Positions 31,285 through 42,114 of a DNA stretch of 64,000 bases are shown here, piece after piece. Position 1 is the first letter of the stretch. Each line of letters begins with the position of its first letter. The DNA is taken from NCBI GenBank assembly GCA_041640595.1, contig JBEPZY010000005.1, positions 32,001-96,000 on the forward strand, in the 5' to 3' direction. Source of the DNA: Gemmatales bacterium (GTDB lineage: Bacteria; Planctomycetota; Planctomycetia; Gemmatales; HRBIN36). Under the pieces are notes generated by a model, which saw nothing but the letters and a program-made list of their open reading frames with translations, was not told the origin of the DNA and did no database searches. The position numbers were made by a program, and so were the translations under genes.

Positions 31285-32139
31285 TTAGGCGAGGAGCCGA
31301 CGCAGAGTTTCAAGATTTTTGGCGTCCCAATCCGTGCCGCCGGAATCGCCTTTGGGGGTCTCCAGAATCATAGGCAGACGTCGAAAAGCCCGGCAACGCA
31401 AGACCAGCCGGAAACCTTCCAGGCCGATTTTACCGTGGCCGATATGAGCATGGCGATCGATTCGCGATCCGAGCGGCCGAGCGCTATCGTTGAGATGCCA
31501 GGCGCGGATACGTTGCACATCCAGGTAACGGTGCAACTGACGCAGGGTTTGCAGCCAGGCCCGACGCGGTGCCAGAGGATAACCGGCGGCGAATAAATGG
31601 CAGGTGTCGAGACAGAAGCCGAGCCAGGGAGGATCACCGAGACGGCGAGCGATGCTTTGCAACTGTTCGAGTCGCCAGCCGAGAGCGGTTCCCTGGCCGG
31701 CAGTGTTTTCGAGCAGGATTTGCGTGGTACACTCAGCACACCGCTGCCGTGCTTCCGCCAGTGCGTCAGCGACACGGTCGAGTGCCTCGAGTTCTGCGGT
31801 TCCGGTATGGGCTCCGGGATGCAGGACCAGATAATCCAAACCGAGGAGATTGGCCCGTTGCCATTCCTCGATGAACGCTTCCAGCGACCGGCGAAAGAGC
31901 CCCGGATCGGGCGAGGCCAGGTTGATCAGATAGCTGCTATGGGCCAGTAACCATCGCGGTCGCAGCAATCGGCGGGTCTGGTGAAAACGCGTTAGCTCGG
32001 TGGGGCTGATCGGTTTGGCATACCACTGGGTATTGTTTTTGGTGAAAAGCTGGACGGCTCGCATGCCGTAGCGGTGAGCAGCTTCCAAGGCTTTATGGTA
32101 CCCGCCGGCGATGGACAGATGGGCACCCAGATAGGGCAT
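31285..32139 (-). CDS. nfo: Endonuclease IV
   Basis: HSSYLINLAS, HPG, ENTAGQG, CLDTCH, HLNDS, DRH, ETP. Confidence 0.95.
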   Translation of the reverse strand: MPYLGAHLSIAGGYHKALEAAHRYGMRAVQLFTKNNTQWYAKPISPTELTRFHQTRRLLRPRWLLAHSSYLINLASPDPGLFRRSLEAFIEEWQRANLLGLDYLVLHPGAHTGTAELEALDRVADALAEARQRCAECTTQILLENTAGQGTALGWRLEQLQSIARRLGDPPWLGFCLDTCHLFAAGYPLAPRRAWLQTLRQLHRYLDVQRIRAWHLNDSARPLGSRIDRHAHIGHGKIGLEGFRLVLRCRAFRRLPMILETPKGDSGGTDWDAKNLETLRRLLA

Positions 32140-32154
32140 GTCCGGCTCCCGAAT

Positions 32155-33180
32155 TCAAACCGCGTTGACTTCCTGCCCACCGTGTCGCTGCCGGGATTGC
32201 AAGAGGGGACATACGCGGGCGGAGTAGGGCTGGGGCGAGCGAGTCGGGGTGCCGTTGGAGGCAGGCGACAGAACTTCCGCGGAAAGGGTCGTCATCCGAT
32301 GAAATTGCTCAAGGGCTTCCGCAAGCAGATAAGGATGCGACCAGTTGGGAAAATGTCCGCTCGCGGCGAGCCGGAAGCCGATCGCATGGGGCAAACGTTG
32401 CAGCAGTTCGTGCTGGCAGGATTCGGGAACGAGGGGATCGGTCTGGGAATAAGCAACCAGGACGGGGACGCGGATTTCCGGCAAGCAGGGTCGCAAATCA
32501 GTCTGAGCGAGTTTGCAGGCCCAAAAAGCCCAGGCACGGAAATAGACTCGCGGCCAGCTGCCCAGCGGTTGAGGCGGAGCGAGGCGTTCCACATCACGAT
32601 CGATCGCTGCCCAATTAACCACTGGCCAGCCCGCCGGGTTAGAAACGTTCGCCAGGGCTTGACGTAGCGGCCAGTGATACGGCGTCAAACACGACCACCG
32701 TCTGGGAAGCAGCCGGCCGAAACGAAGGAGTTTTTTCTGCCAGAATCGGAGCGGCCGATGAGCAAATCCGCAGATGGTGACGGCTCGCTGAACGATGTGC
32801 GGATAGCGGTAAGCGGTCGTCAGGGCCAGAGCTGAACCGAAAGAATGACCGATCAGCGTGGCACGCGGTAAGCCCAGCTGCTTCAGCAAACGAAGCACAT
32901 CGCGGGCCAATTCCGCCAACGAATATCGCTCCAACCGGGCACCATCGCGGTGACCGTCGGGCAGATTGTAAGCGATCACGCGAAAACGGTCTTTGAGCAA
33001 GGCGGCGAGCGGAAAGAAGGCGAGGTAACTGTCAGCCAGACCATGAATGCAAACCAGAGCCGGGCCGTTACCCCAGGCGAAGTATTCTGCCTGGTAGCCG
33101 CCGAGTTCAATTCGGCCCAATTCGGCTTCGTGAACGAAAGCACGCCACCAATCCTGCCAGGGGAGTTCGGTGATCGCCAT
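32155..33180 (-). CDS. Alpha/beta fold hydrolase
   Basis: IHGL oxyanion loop, GHSFG nucleophile, D (TDPLVP), SGHF. Confidence 0.85.
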   Translation of the reverse strand: MAITELPWQDWWRAFVHEAELGRIELGGYQAEYFAWGNGPALVCIHGLADSYLAFFPLAALLKDRFRVIAYNLPDGHRDGARLERYSLAELARDVLRLLKQLGLPRATLIGHSFGSALALTTAYRYPHIVQRAVTICGFAHRPLRFWQKKLLRFGRLLPRRWSCLTPYHWPLRQALANVSNPAGWPVVNWAAIDRDVERLAPPQPLGSWPRVYFRAWAFWACKLAQTDLRPCLPEIRVPVLVAYSQTDPLVPESCQHELLQRLPHAIGFRLAASGHFPNWSHPYLLAEALEQFHRMTTLSAEVLSPASNGTPTRSPQPYSARVCPLLQSRQRHGGQEVNAV

Positions 33181-33200
33181 AGTTGCCGGTCGGGTTCATC

Positions 33201-33884
33201 TCAGGGTTTCTCGCCCGGGGAGCGGGTGGGCTTCTCCGGTTCAGCGGGGAAGAGCGATTTCGTGGGCGTCGGAGGTTGCGACAAAAGTTGCCGTTTTCGC
33301 AGCATGGCATTGAAGCGGACGCTGTCCAGGAAAGCGACATTGGGGCCGCTCCGTATGCCCGCACCGACTTCGCGGCGGACAAAGTCGCACACTTCCGGGT
33401 CCTGGACACGCAGCAGGAGACTGTTGAGCTTTTTAGCGATCATGGCGGGCGGACATTTCTGCGCCAGGGGTGCTGTCCGATTCAGCGCGCGAACCAGGGC
33501 CGGTATCGCCTCAACGCCCAGGGCTTGAAACTCCTGCACCGCTTTCGGATCGGGACGCACGCCCAGGTCGTGCTGGATAAAGCGATCGATGATCGCGTCA
33601 ATACGGTCTTCCTCTTCCGGTTCGAGTTCACCAGGACGGCCTGTAAAAACGCGGCGAGGCACAGGTGTGGCAGAGGACTGAGGCGACGGTTTGGACTCCT
33701 GGTTGCCTGGCGAGCCATTGGGTGGTGCGACAGACTGGCCTGGTTTCTCGCCAGCGGTTTTTTGGGATGGAGCTGGCTGGGGAGTTGCGGGCTTGCGAGC
33801 GTCCTGGCCGGTAGCATTCACCACAAACGTAGCAGTGAGTCCCGCGACCAGGAGCAGGGTCAGTCGGCGAATCAGCGACGACAT
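33201..33884 (-). CDS. Exported hypothetical protein with Pro-rich linker and helical domain
   Basis: Signal peptide, RBS-like AGGGA, co-oriented with its neighbours. Confidence 0.65.
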   Translation of the reverse strand: MSSLIRRLTLLLVAGLTATFVVNATGQDARKPATPQPAPSQKTAGEKPGQSVAPPNGSPGNQESKPSPQSSATPVPRRVFTGRPGELEPEEEDRIDAIIDRFIQHDLGVRPDPKAVQEFQALGVEAIPALVRALNRTAPLAQKCPPAMIAKKLNSLLLRVQDPEVCDFVRREVGAGIRSGPNVAFLDSVRFNAMLRKRQLLSQPPTPTKSLFPAEPEKPTRSPGEKP

Positions 33885-34304
33885 GGCTTTTCCCTCGACG
33901 CAAGCTGGTCGGAATTACGGTAAGCCGGTCTTCGTCACTCGCGGAGCCGGTTGCGGTTGCCATCACCGCAGCCGTCCCTAAGACCACTTTACGCAAAGAT
34001 ACCGCCGGCCGCAATACACCGGCAGGGATTATCTCGTATCGGAGACGCCAGCTTCAGGCGATCCCCTTTCGGCTTTACCGATTACGAAGACTGGGAAACC
34101 TCAGCTGAAAAAAAGCGGTCGCCGTGCTTGGCGTTCGGAAAATTCGCAGTGCCGGTGATTGCTCCTGCAGTCGGCAGGCTATAAACTAGCCAGCGGGGCA
34201 AGTACGGGGCTTGCCCTTGGCGCGAAGTACTCGGCTGGGCAACAGGCTGGCCTGCGGCGCGAGGGTCGCGGACTCGTGCCCGCTAACAAAAAGGAGATGC
34301 CACC

Positions 34305-35693
34305 ATGCGTAAGGGGACGACCCGTCGCGATTTCCTGAAACAATCGGCAATGCTGGGCGTGAGTGTCGGCTTCTGGGTCGGCACGGAGAGCGATTTGCTG
34401 GCGCAAGCGCAACCGAAATCCGCTCTCGACAAGCTGAATTTCGCCTGCATTGGTGTCGGCGGCAAAGGAACGAGCGATACCGAACAGGCAGCCCGCTTCG
34501 GCAACATCGTGGCCATTTGCGACATTGACGACCGGCCACTGGAGAAAATGGCGGCCAGGTTCCCGGAAGCCAGGAAGTATCACGATTTCCGCAAGATGCT
34601 GGACGAGCTGGCCAACAAAATTGACGCCGTCGTCATCAGCACCCCCGATCATACCCACGCGGTCGCCGCGGTGATGGCGATGCGGTTGGGTAAACACGTC
34701 TATTGCCAGAAGCCGCTCACGCATAACGTCTATGAAGCCCGGTTGCTCCGCGAAACCGCACGCAAAAACAAAGTCTGCACGCAAATGGGCAACCAGGGTA
34801 CTGCTTCGGCAACTTTGCGGCGTGGCGTCGAGATCATCCGCGCCGGCGTGATTGGACCGGTGCGCGAAGTGCACGTCTGGACGAATCGCCCCATCTGGCC
34901 GCAGGCTCCTCAGGTAACGGCGCGGCCCAAACCGGAACCGGTACCTGCGCATGTCCAGTGGGACCTTTTCCTCGGCCCGGCTCCGGAACGTCCCTACAGC
35001 TCTGCTTATCATCCGTTCAGGTGGCGTGGCTGGTGGGATTTCGGTACCGGTGCGCTCGGCGATATGGGCTGCCACACCGCCAACCTGCCGTTCATGGCTC
35101 TGAAACTCAAATATCCCATCTCCGTCGAAGCTCAGGCCGGCGATGTCAATCCGGAAACCTACCCCAGCTGGGCTCATGTCGTCTGGGAATTCCCGGCTCG
35201 TGAAGGTATGCCGCCAGTCATCTTCCACTGGTACGAAGGCAGACGCGAAGGCAAAGTGCTCCGTCCACCGCAGGAGCTGCTGCAGCGAGTTCTAGCCAGC
35301 GGCGTCAAGGATATTTCTACCAGCGGTTGCATCATGGTGGGCGACAAGGGATTGCTTTACTCGCCGAGTGATTACGGTGGCGACTGGCGACTCATTCCGC
35401 AGGAATTGCAGGCTGAAGCCAACAAAGTGCCGCAGAGTCTGCCACGCAATCAGGACGGCGGCGACACCGGGATGAAAGCCGAACTGGTCATGGCCATCCG
35501 TGACAACAAGCCGGAAATCGCCATGTCCAACTTCGATTATGCCGGGCCTCTGACCGAGTTCATCCTGCTGGGCAATGTGGCTATCAAAGCCGGCACCAAG
35601 TTGCAATGGGATGGCGAGAACTTCAAGGTCACCAACAACAGCGAAGCCAACAAGTACCTCCGCCGCGAGTACCGTAAGGGCTGGGAAATCTAA
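34305..35693 (+). CDS. Tat-exported Gfo/Idh/MocA oxidoreductase
   Basis: TRRDFLK Tat motif, IGVGGKG, TPDHTH, YCQKP, GDMGCH; AAGGAG RBS. Confidence 0.93.
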   Translation: MRKGTTRRDFLKQSAMLGVSVGFWVGTESDLLAQAQPKSALDKLNFACIGVGGKGTSDTEQAARFGNIVAICDIDDRPLEKMAARFPEARKYHDFRKMLDELANKIDAVVISTPDHTHAVAAVMAMRLGKHVYCQKPLTHNVYEARLLRETARKNKVCTQMGNQGTASATLRRGVEIIRAGVIGPVREVHVWTNRPIWPQAPQVTARPKPEPVPAHVQWDLFLGPAPERPYSSAYHPFRWRGWWDFGTGALGDMGCHTANLPFMALKLKYPISVEAQAGDVNPETYPSWAHVVWEFPAREGMPPVIFHWYEGRREGKVLRPPQELLQRVLASGVKDISTSGCIMVGDKGLLYSPSDYGGDWRLIPQELQAEANKVPQSLPRNQDGGDTGMKAELVMAIRDNKPEIAMSNFDYAGPLTEFILLGNVAIKAGTKLQWDGENFKVTNNSEANKYLRREYRKGWEI

Positions 35694-35705
35694 CCCGCTG
35701 GCACA

Positions 35706-36421
35706 AGAGCGGCGGGCGTCAGCCCGCCGTGGTTCGGTGAACCGAACATCGTGCAGCGAGAATCGAACATTGTGCGGCGGCTGGCGAGTGCGCAACCAAG
35801 AGCGGTGGGCGTCAGCCCGCCGTGGGTGTTGCTGGGGGAATGTTGTCCGTAATGTGCTGGAAACGCACTTGCAAGCGCGTTTGCGAAACCACCGGGGCTT
35901 ACGCCCCCCGCTCTTAGCCGTGTTACAACGACCGTCCGCCGGAATAACGACGATTTTTGCGGTGCACAAACGCATATATACAAGAGCGGCGGGTGTCAGC
36001 CCGCCGTGCCAAACGTCAGGCGGCGAGTTCCCAAACGCTGGTCGTCGCCCATCAGCGCGCCGGAATTCGGTAACGCACTTGCAATAGTGAGCGTTTTTCA
36101 CGGGACCAGTTCGTTCGCGCACTACGGCTGGCTTACGCCAGCCGCTCTTGATGGTGGGGACGGCTCTTGCTGCCGAAGTGCGTTTCCTGCTGGTGAACCG
36201 GTACGTTCGCGTTCCACGGCTGGCTTACGTCAGCCGCTCTTGATGGTGGGGACGGCTCTCGCTGCCGAAGTGCGTTTCCTGCTGGTGAACCGGTACGTTC
36301 GCACACCGCGGCTGGCTTACGCCAGCCGCTCTTGATGGTGGGGACAGCTCTTGCTGCCGAAGTGCGTTTCCTGCTGGTGAACCGGTACGTTCGCACACCG
36401 CGGCTGGCTTACGCCAGCCGC
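35706..36421. repeat. REP/BIME-like hairpin array 2 (8 units), including a 92-bp tandem triplication
   Basis: Units at about 35706(+), 35798(+), 35889(-), 35983(+), 36122(-), 36214(-), 36306(-), 36398(-). Confidence 0.92.
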
Positions 36422-36639
36422 CACTGGGAGCGCGGGAGGTGGGGCGAAAATTTTTTCGGGTTGTGCAAGGCGCGTTGCGCCGGTAGATTAGTTGCGTCTG
36501 AGAAGGTTAGCGGTGCATCTTCGGACCTGGCCCACGGGTGAAGCGAAAAAGATGACCCAGTGCTTGAGTGCCAGGCCCGACAAGATTGGCCGGAAGTGGG
36601 AACCGGTCGAACTTTCATCACGTCAGGAGGAGACGTGCC

Positions 36640-39600
36640 ATGCGTCGCAAAACCATGTTCGCGTATGCACTGGCTCTGGCGATGGCGTGCTGGGTGAGCT
36701 ACGGCTGGTTCGACTCAGGTGGGGCGGTCGGTCAAGAGCAACCTTCTCCACCGAGAGTGCAGGAAGTTTTGCTGCAAAGCGTGGGCAATACGACGTACTT
36801 CAGCGTGCGACTCGCGGATGTTCCTGGCTGGCCGCCGGAACGTTGGGCAGAATTGAGCCGGAATCAGGTGCTGGATGTCGGCGAAAATCGGCCCCTGGTA
36901 CCGGTGAGTCTCCTGGCTGGTGCGCCGCGATTGGTGCCTCAGGATGATGTCGTGGAATCAGTTTACCTGTTGTGGCCGACCGAAGATTTGAATCGCGCCA
37001 TTCGGGAGATTGAAGGGACACAGGCACTGCCGGCGAAACCTCTGCCGAACCAGCCGGCACCAGCACCAGCGCCAGCACGCGGGCTTACTTTCGTTGGTCG
37101 GCTGCGCAAAACGGCTCCGGCGAAATTCCTGCTGGTGTACACGGCATTGCAGGAACAGAATCTGCCCCATCCGTTCCGCGACAAAGAGTCGCTGAAACTT
37201 CCCTGGCCCACGCGCCGCGAAATTCCGCTGACCGTTGACTTTAGCCAGGCAACCCGTGTAGCCCCGCCCAAAGAACCGGCCCGCCACGCTCAGGTAGAGC
37301 CGAACGATCTGGAAGGTTTGTTTGCCCTGGGTCGTGGCCAATTTTTCGCTTTGCAAGCATGGCTCACACACGAGCAGGGCACGGGATTTTACGAATTCGC
37401 CCGCATCATGAACAACCGCCGTTACGGTACGACTGTCGGTTCGCTCAACGGATTCGGACAGATACCGGGACGCGACCAGGAGCTATTGCGTCGGCAGTTC
37501 GAACTGGTCACCGGAGCGGCGGCGATTGCGGAAACTCTGCAAATTCAGAGGTTACAGGCGGCAGGCGACCCAATCAGCAAAGGGCCGCGCACGGTGGATG
37601 TGCGCAGTTTGCCCACTATAGATATCCCTGAAGTAGTCTGGGAACAGTTGCTGCGTGGTAAGGAGCCGGAAATCGAACCGCTGGCTCATCTGGTGCCCCG
37701 TGACCATTATTACGTGCACTTCAGTAATTTCGGCCGATTCCTGGAAGCGGGAGATCTGCTGGAACAATGGGGCGGCCCTATTCTGCAGGCCCTGCGGCTG
37801 GCAGGTCAGGATTACCGACTGCGTCAGAAGTACGAGCGGCAGTTGTGCCTCAAGAGCACGGCTCTGGCAAAAATCTTCGGTCCGGCAGTGGTGGAACACG
37901 TGGCCATTACCGGCAGCGACCTTTATTTCCGCGAAGGTACCGATGTGACCGTGCTGTTTCAGGTGAAGAATTTGCCGCTCTTTCTGGCGGCGGTCAACAC
38001 GCAGATCGCGGAGGCTCGCAAAGTTTACGGCGACCGGCTCCAGGAAAGCAAAGCCGAATACCAGGGCGTAGCCATCGAAAGTTTCGTCGCTCCCCGCCGC
38101 GAGGTAAGTGCCTATCGGTGTGTGCTGGATGATAAGGTGGTCGTTTACAGCAATTCGCCGGTGGCCATTCGCCGCATCATTGACACCGCGAAGAAGAAGT
38201 TACCGGCCCTGGCGGATGCTAAGGATTTCCGCTACATGCGCACCGTGTTCCGCTGGAAAGACCCGCAAGAGGATACTTTCCTGTTCTTCTCTGACACATT
38301 CCTGCGGGAACTGCTTGGGCCGGTCAAGCGCATTCAGGAAAGCCGCCGCACCGAAGCTTTGGCATCGCTGTACATGCTCCATCATGCCGCGATATACGCC
38401 GCTTGGGAAACCGGTCAATTGCCGCGCACCCATGAAGCTCTGCTTGCCCAGAGCGGACTGAAAGCCAGCGAGCTTTATCAGCCCGAGGGAAAAGAGCTGC
38501 GCTGGGATGGCGAAGCGCAAGTGGCGGTCTCCGATGTGTATAACACCATCCATTTCGCCACGCCGCTTATTGAGCTGCCTTTAGACCGCGTTACCGAGCG
38601 GGAGGCCGAGGCTTACAGGATGTTCCGCTTCAACTACATTCGCCTCTGGACAGCCGCCTTCGATCCAGTCGCTTTCCGGTTGCAGATTCGCCCGGAACGA
38701 ATCGTTGCCGAAACCTATATCCTGCCGCTTATCAACTCGCTTGATTACAGGCGATGGCGGCAGAATTTCGGCGGCAAAGTAGCCAAGTTCGACCTGAACC
38801 TGATTCCACCCGAAGGCATCCTGTACTGGCTGGTTCATTTTTCGGAAACCTCCTGGCTGCGCCAGGCTTTGCAGGACCTTGTCCGTCCTAATTTAGGCCC
38901 GAAGATACGGCTGCCTCAAGCCATCGGCGAAATTGCTTTGCTCGGCGTTCACGACGACGCTACCCTCGCCGAAATCGCTCAGGATTCCGCGTTGCGATAC
39001 CTGCTGGGCAAGTTGGATGAGGTACCCGAACACGTCTGGATCCGCCGAACTTTCAGCTTGCCGATCGTGGCGGGGTTGGAAGTGAAAAATCCCTTGATGT
39101 TCGCGGGTGTGCTGGCAGCTCTCAAAGCTCTGGTTGACCAGGCCGCCCCGCAACTGGTGACCTGGCAAATGCTGGAGCAGGATCAGCACGGCTACAAAAT
39201 CGTCGCCATTCGCCCCGTTGCGGGTTCCTGGCTGGATCAGACCATCAACCCGCCCGGTACGCCAGAAAAAGACCGTTTCACTCCCGGCATCTATTACACC
39301 ACGGTCGGCAACATGTTTTACGTCAGCCTGCGGGAAGATGTGATACGCCAGCTGATTGACCGCCATGTCGCCAAAAAGAAAGAACAAAACGGTAAACCGG
39401 AGAAACCGAACACCACCGAGGGCCACATGGTGCTCTACCTGAGCCCGGCCAACGCAAAACGACTCTGGCCGGTGGCATTGTGGGCACTGGAAACACAAAT
39501 CGCCAGCTCCGCCGTAACCAGCTCGGCTCTGCTTTATCCGCTTTGGCGAGCCCGCATTGTCCCGGCAGATGCTCGCCATCCGCAGCTGGGCGATGTTGCT

Positions 39601-39852
39601 TACCGTTTGTACGGATTTGCACCGGTGAGTCCGGACGGCACTAACTTCGTGTACAACGCCAGCACCGACCAGGTCACCAGCGAACGCCACGGAGCGATAA
39701 CCGAGCCGTGGTTCCCACGCCAGCCGGCGACAGATTGCCCGGCCGGGCAGTTGCTGCAATCGTTACGGAGCTTGCGAGCTGAACTCCAGTTCCGCGAAGA
39801 CGGTGCCTTCACCGTGCTCACTATCGAGCGGCAGGCACCAGCCGGACGATAA
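36640..39852 (+). CDS. Large exported hypothetical protein (about 1070 aa)
   Basis: AGGAGG RBS, N-terminal signal/TM segment, long ORF; no motif I recognise. Confidence 0.8.
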   Translation: MRRKTMFAYALALAMACWVSYGWFDSGGAVGQEQPSPPRVQEVLLQSVGNTTYFSVRLADVPGWPPERWAELSRNQVLDVGENRPLVPVSLLAGAPRLVPQDDVVESVYLLWPTEDLNRAIREIEGTQALPAKPLPNQPAPAPAPARGLTFVGRLRKTAPAKFLLVYTALQEQNLPHPFRDKESLKLPWPTRREIPLTVDFSQATRVAPPKEPARHAQVEPNDLEGLFALGRGQFFALQAWLTHEQGTGFYEFARIMNNRRYGTTVGSLNGFGQIPGRDQELLRRQFELVTGAAAIAETLQIQRLQAAGDPISKGPRTVDVRSLPTIDIPEVVWEQLLRGKEPEIEPLAHLVPRDHYYVHFSNFGRFLEAGDLLEQWGGPILQALRLAGQDYRLRQKYERQLCLKSTALAKIFGPAVVEHVAITGSDLYFREGTDVTVLFQVKNLPLFLAAVNTQIAEARKVYGDRLQESKAEYQGVAIESFVAPRREVSAYRCVLDDKVVVYSNSPVAIRRIIDTAKKKLPALADAKDFRYMRTVFRWKDPQEDTFLFFSDTFLRELLGPVKRIQESRRTEALASLYMLHHAAIYAAWETGQLPRTHEALLAQSGLKASELYQPEGKELRWDGEAQVAVSDVYNTIHFATPLIELPLDRVTEREAEAYRMFRFNYIRLWTAAFDPVAFRLQIRPERIVAETYILPLINSLDYRRWRQNFGGKVAKFDLNLIPPEGILYWLVHFSETSWLRQALQDLVRPNLGPKIRLPQAIGEIALLGVHDDATLAEIAQDSALRYLLGKLDEVPEHVWIRRTFSLPIVAGLEVKNPLMFAGVLAALKALVDQAAPQLVTWQMLEQDQHGYKIVAIRPVAGSWLDQTINPPGTPEKDRFTPGIYYTTVGNMFYVSLREDVIRQLIDRHVAKKKEQNGKPEKPNTTEGHMVLYLSPANAKRLWPVALWALETQIASSAVTSSALLYPLWRARIVPADARHPQLGDVAYRLYGFAPVSPDGTNFVYNASTDQVTSERHGAITEPWFPRQPATDCPAGQLLQSLRSLRAELQFREDGAFTVLTIERQAPAGR

Positions 39853-40099
39853 TCTGCTCTGGCAATTTCCAGCCGGTCTGCTAGGATACCGCCAGCAGCA
39901 AGCGACGGCCGACACGCTCACGGTCGCCATACTCGGCGGGGCGGATGACTTCCCGCCGGGCGACCGGCAACGGTCATCGGCAGTAACAACCATCCGCGAA
40001 AACCAGCCGGAGCACCCGCTCTGTGTGCCCGTACCGGAAACTGACCGGTGGAGCCAATCGAACTTCCGGACTATTTTCCGCGATTTACTGGAGACAACC

Positions 40100-40474
40100 A
40101 TGGAAGAAAAAAGCCCAGCCCAGCCCGCGGCCAGCGCAGCCTCGACAGGAAGCCAGCAGCCCTTGCGCGAATTTCCCGTGGATGCCAGCCAGCTTACCAC
40201 GGTGTATGCGAATTTCGCTCGCGTTACCGGAACGCCCGAGGAACTGGTACTGGATTTCGGCCTCAACACGCAGGCGAGTCCTACTCCGAACGAACCGGTG
40301 AAACTGACCCATCGCGTGGTGATGAGTTTTTACACCGCCAAACGTCTTCTTTTCGCCCTGCAGATGGCAGTTACCCAGCACGAACAGGTGTACGGCTACG
40401 TGGAAACGGATGTGCAGAAGCGCATGCGCATCCAGCCCCGTCCACCGGCCACTTCACCGTCCGGCGACCGCTGA
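40100..40474 (+). CDS. DUF3467-like protein
   Basis: YANFARVTGTPEELVLDFGLN...TAKRL motif; GGAG RBS. Confidence 0.8.
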   Translation: MEEKSPAQPAASAASTGSQQPLREFPVDASQLTTVYANFARVTGTPEELVLDFGLNTQASPTPNEPVKLTHRVVMSFYTAKRLLFALQMAVTQHEQVYGYVETDVQKRMRIQPRPPATSPSGDR

Positions 40475-40902
40475 GGCAAGTTACTTGCCCATCTACGCAT
40501 CCATAAAAACCGTCCGCCGACCGCTTCACCGTCCTGCGACCGCTATCGCTTCGCCGTTACGGAACTGCCTGCCGGCTTGCTCTCCGCTGCTGTCAATACG
40601 CCTGCAAGAGCTGCAACCAACTCCGTAGTTATGAACTCCCTGCAACCTCGCTTTCCGCTCCTGCGGCTTGGTAGATCGTTCTCCCACCATTGACTTGTCC
40701 CGTTACGAACCCGCTGCGCTCGTTGCGTCGCTTCCGATAGAGCTTCGCTGCCGCACTAACGTGCCACCGTTACGAACCCGCTGCGGGTTTGCTGTACCCG
40801 TAACCCAGCGCATTGGACTCACCCCAATGCGTTGAGTAACGCTAAGAGTTGTCGCGAAATTCCGTCCAACGCCGAACAACAGCGCACATCCGTCGCGAAA
40901 CC

Positions 40903-41880
40903 AGGAGCGGCTGGCGTAAGCCGGCCGTGGGAAACACTGGCATGCTCGCCGGTGAGAAACGCATATCTGCAACAACACTCGCACATGCAGCTAAGAGCGG
41001 CTGGCGTGAGCCAGCCGTGGTGCGGGAAGCGAAAGTGCGGTGCGAAACGTAATCACTCCGCAAAAAACGATCGCCGTTGCAAGCGCGAATCGGAACCACG
41101 GCGGGCTAACGCCCGCCGCTCCTGATTTTGTGTTCGCTAGCCGCTGGAAAATGTTCGATTCTCGCAGCACAGCGTCCGGCTCACCGACCCACGGCGGGCT
41201 AACGCCCGCCGCTTTTGTGCATGTGCGTTTCTGCATCGCGAAAATCGTTTTTTCACCGGCAAACGTTCGCTCTGCACCAAGAGCGGGGGGCGTAAGCCCC
41301 CCGTGGTTTCGCAAACGCGCTTGCAAGTGCGTTTCCAGCACATTACGGACTACGTTCCCCCAGGCACCCCCGGCGGGCTGACGCCCGCCGCTCCTGGTTG
41401 TGCATTCGCCAGCCGCCGGACAATGTTCGATTCTCGCGGCACGGCGTGCGGTTCACCGAACCACGGCGGGCTGACCCCCGCCGCTCTTGCGAACGTGCGT
41501 TTGTGCATCGCAAATGGAGCTTTATGCAGCGAACGAACGTCGTGCACCAGGAGCGGCTGGCGTAAGCCAGCCGTGGGAAACACTGGCATGCTCGGCGGTG
41601 AGAAACGAATATCTGCAACAACACTCGCACATGCAGCTAAGAGCGGCTGGCGTAAGCCAGCCGTGGTTAGCGAACCGCGTTTGCAAAAGCGAAATCGCGA
41701 CTCGCGGGTTACGACGACCGGTCGCTTCAACGAAACGCCGTTGCAAGTGTGTTACCGAACCACGGCGGGCTGACACCCGCCGCTCTTGGTTGTGCATTCG
41801 CCAGCCGCCGGACAATGTTCGATTGTCGCGGCACAGCGGTCGGTTTACCGAACCACGGCGGGCTGACACTCGTCGCTCTT
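40903..41880. repeat. REP/BIME-like hairpin array 3 (11 units)
   Basis: Orientation pattern ++--+--++--, spacing about 90-120 bp, recurring linker modules. Confidence 0.92.
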
Positions 41881-42114
41881 GCGAAGAAGGGCAGAAGCGT
41901 TGCCTCGGCCGCCTCCGTTGCATGAAGGCCAACCATTCTGACCGGAGTTCCAGGCACTTTCGGGTCTTGAATCTGTACCAGGTCTATCGCAAGCCGCGAC
42001 GGTTGCACTGGTACAACTCGCCTGGAGAATTTTTGCTGTCACATTTTCCCGCTCATTCCGCGTTTATTACTAGGAAGGCCAGTCAGGCCTCGAAGGTAAA
42101 CAAAGGAGATACTC

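Noticed and set aside
40903..41880. CRISPR array
   Set aside because: Repeats occur in both orientations, the linkers are long and re-used rather than unique, and there are no cas genes in the window.
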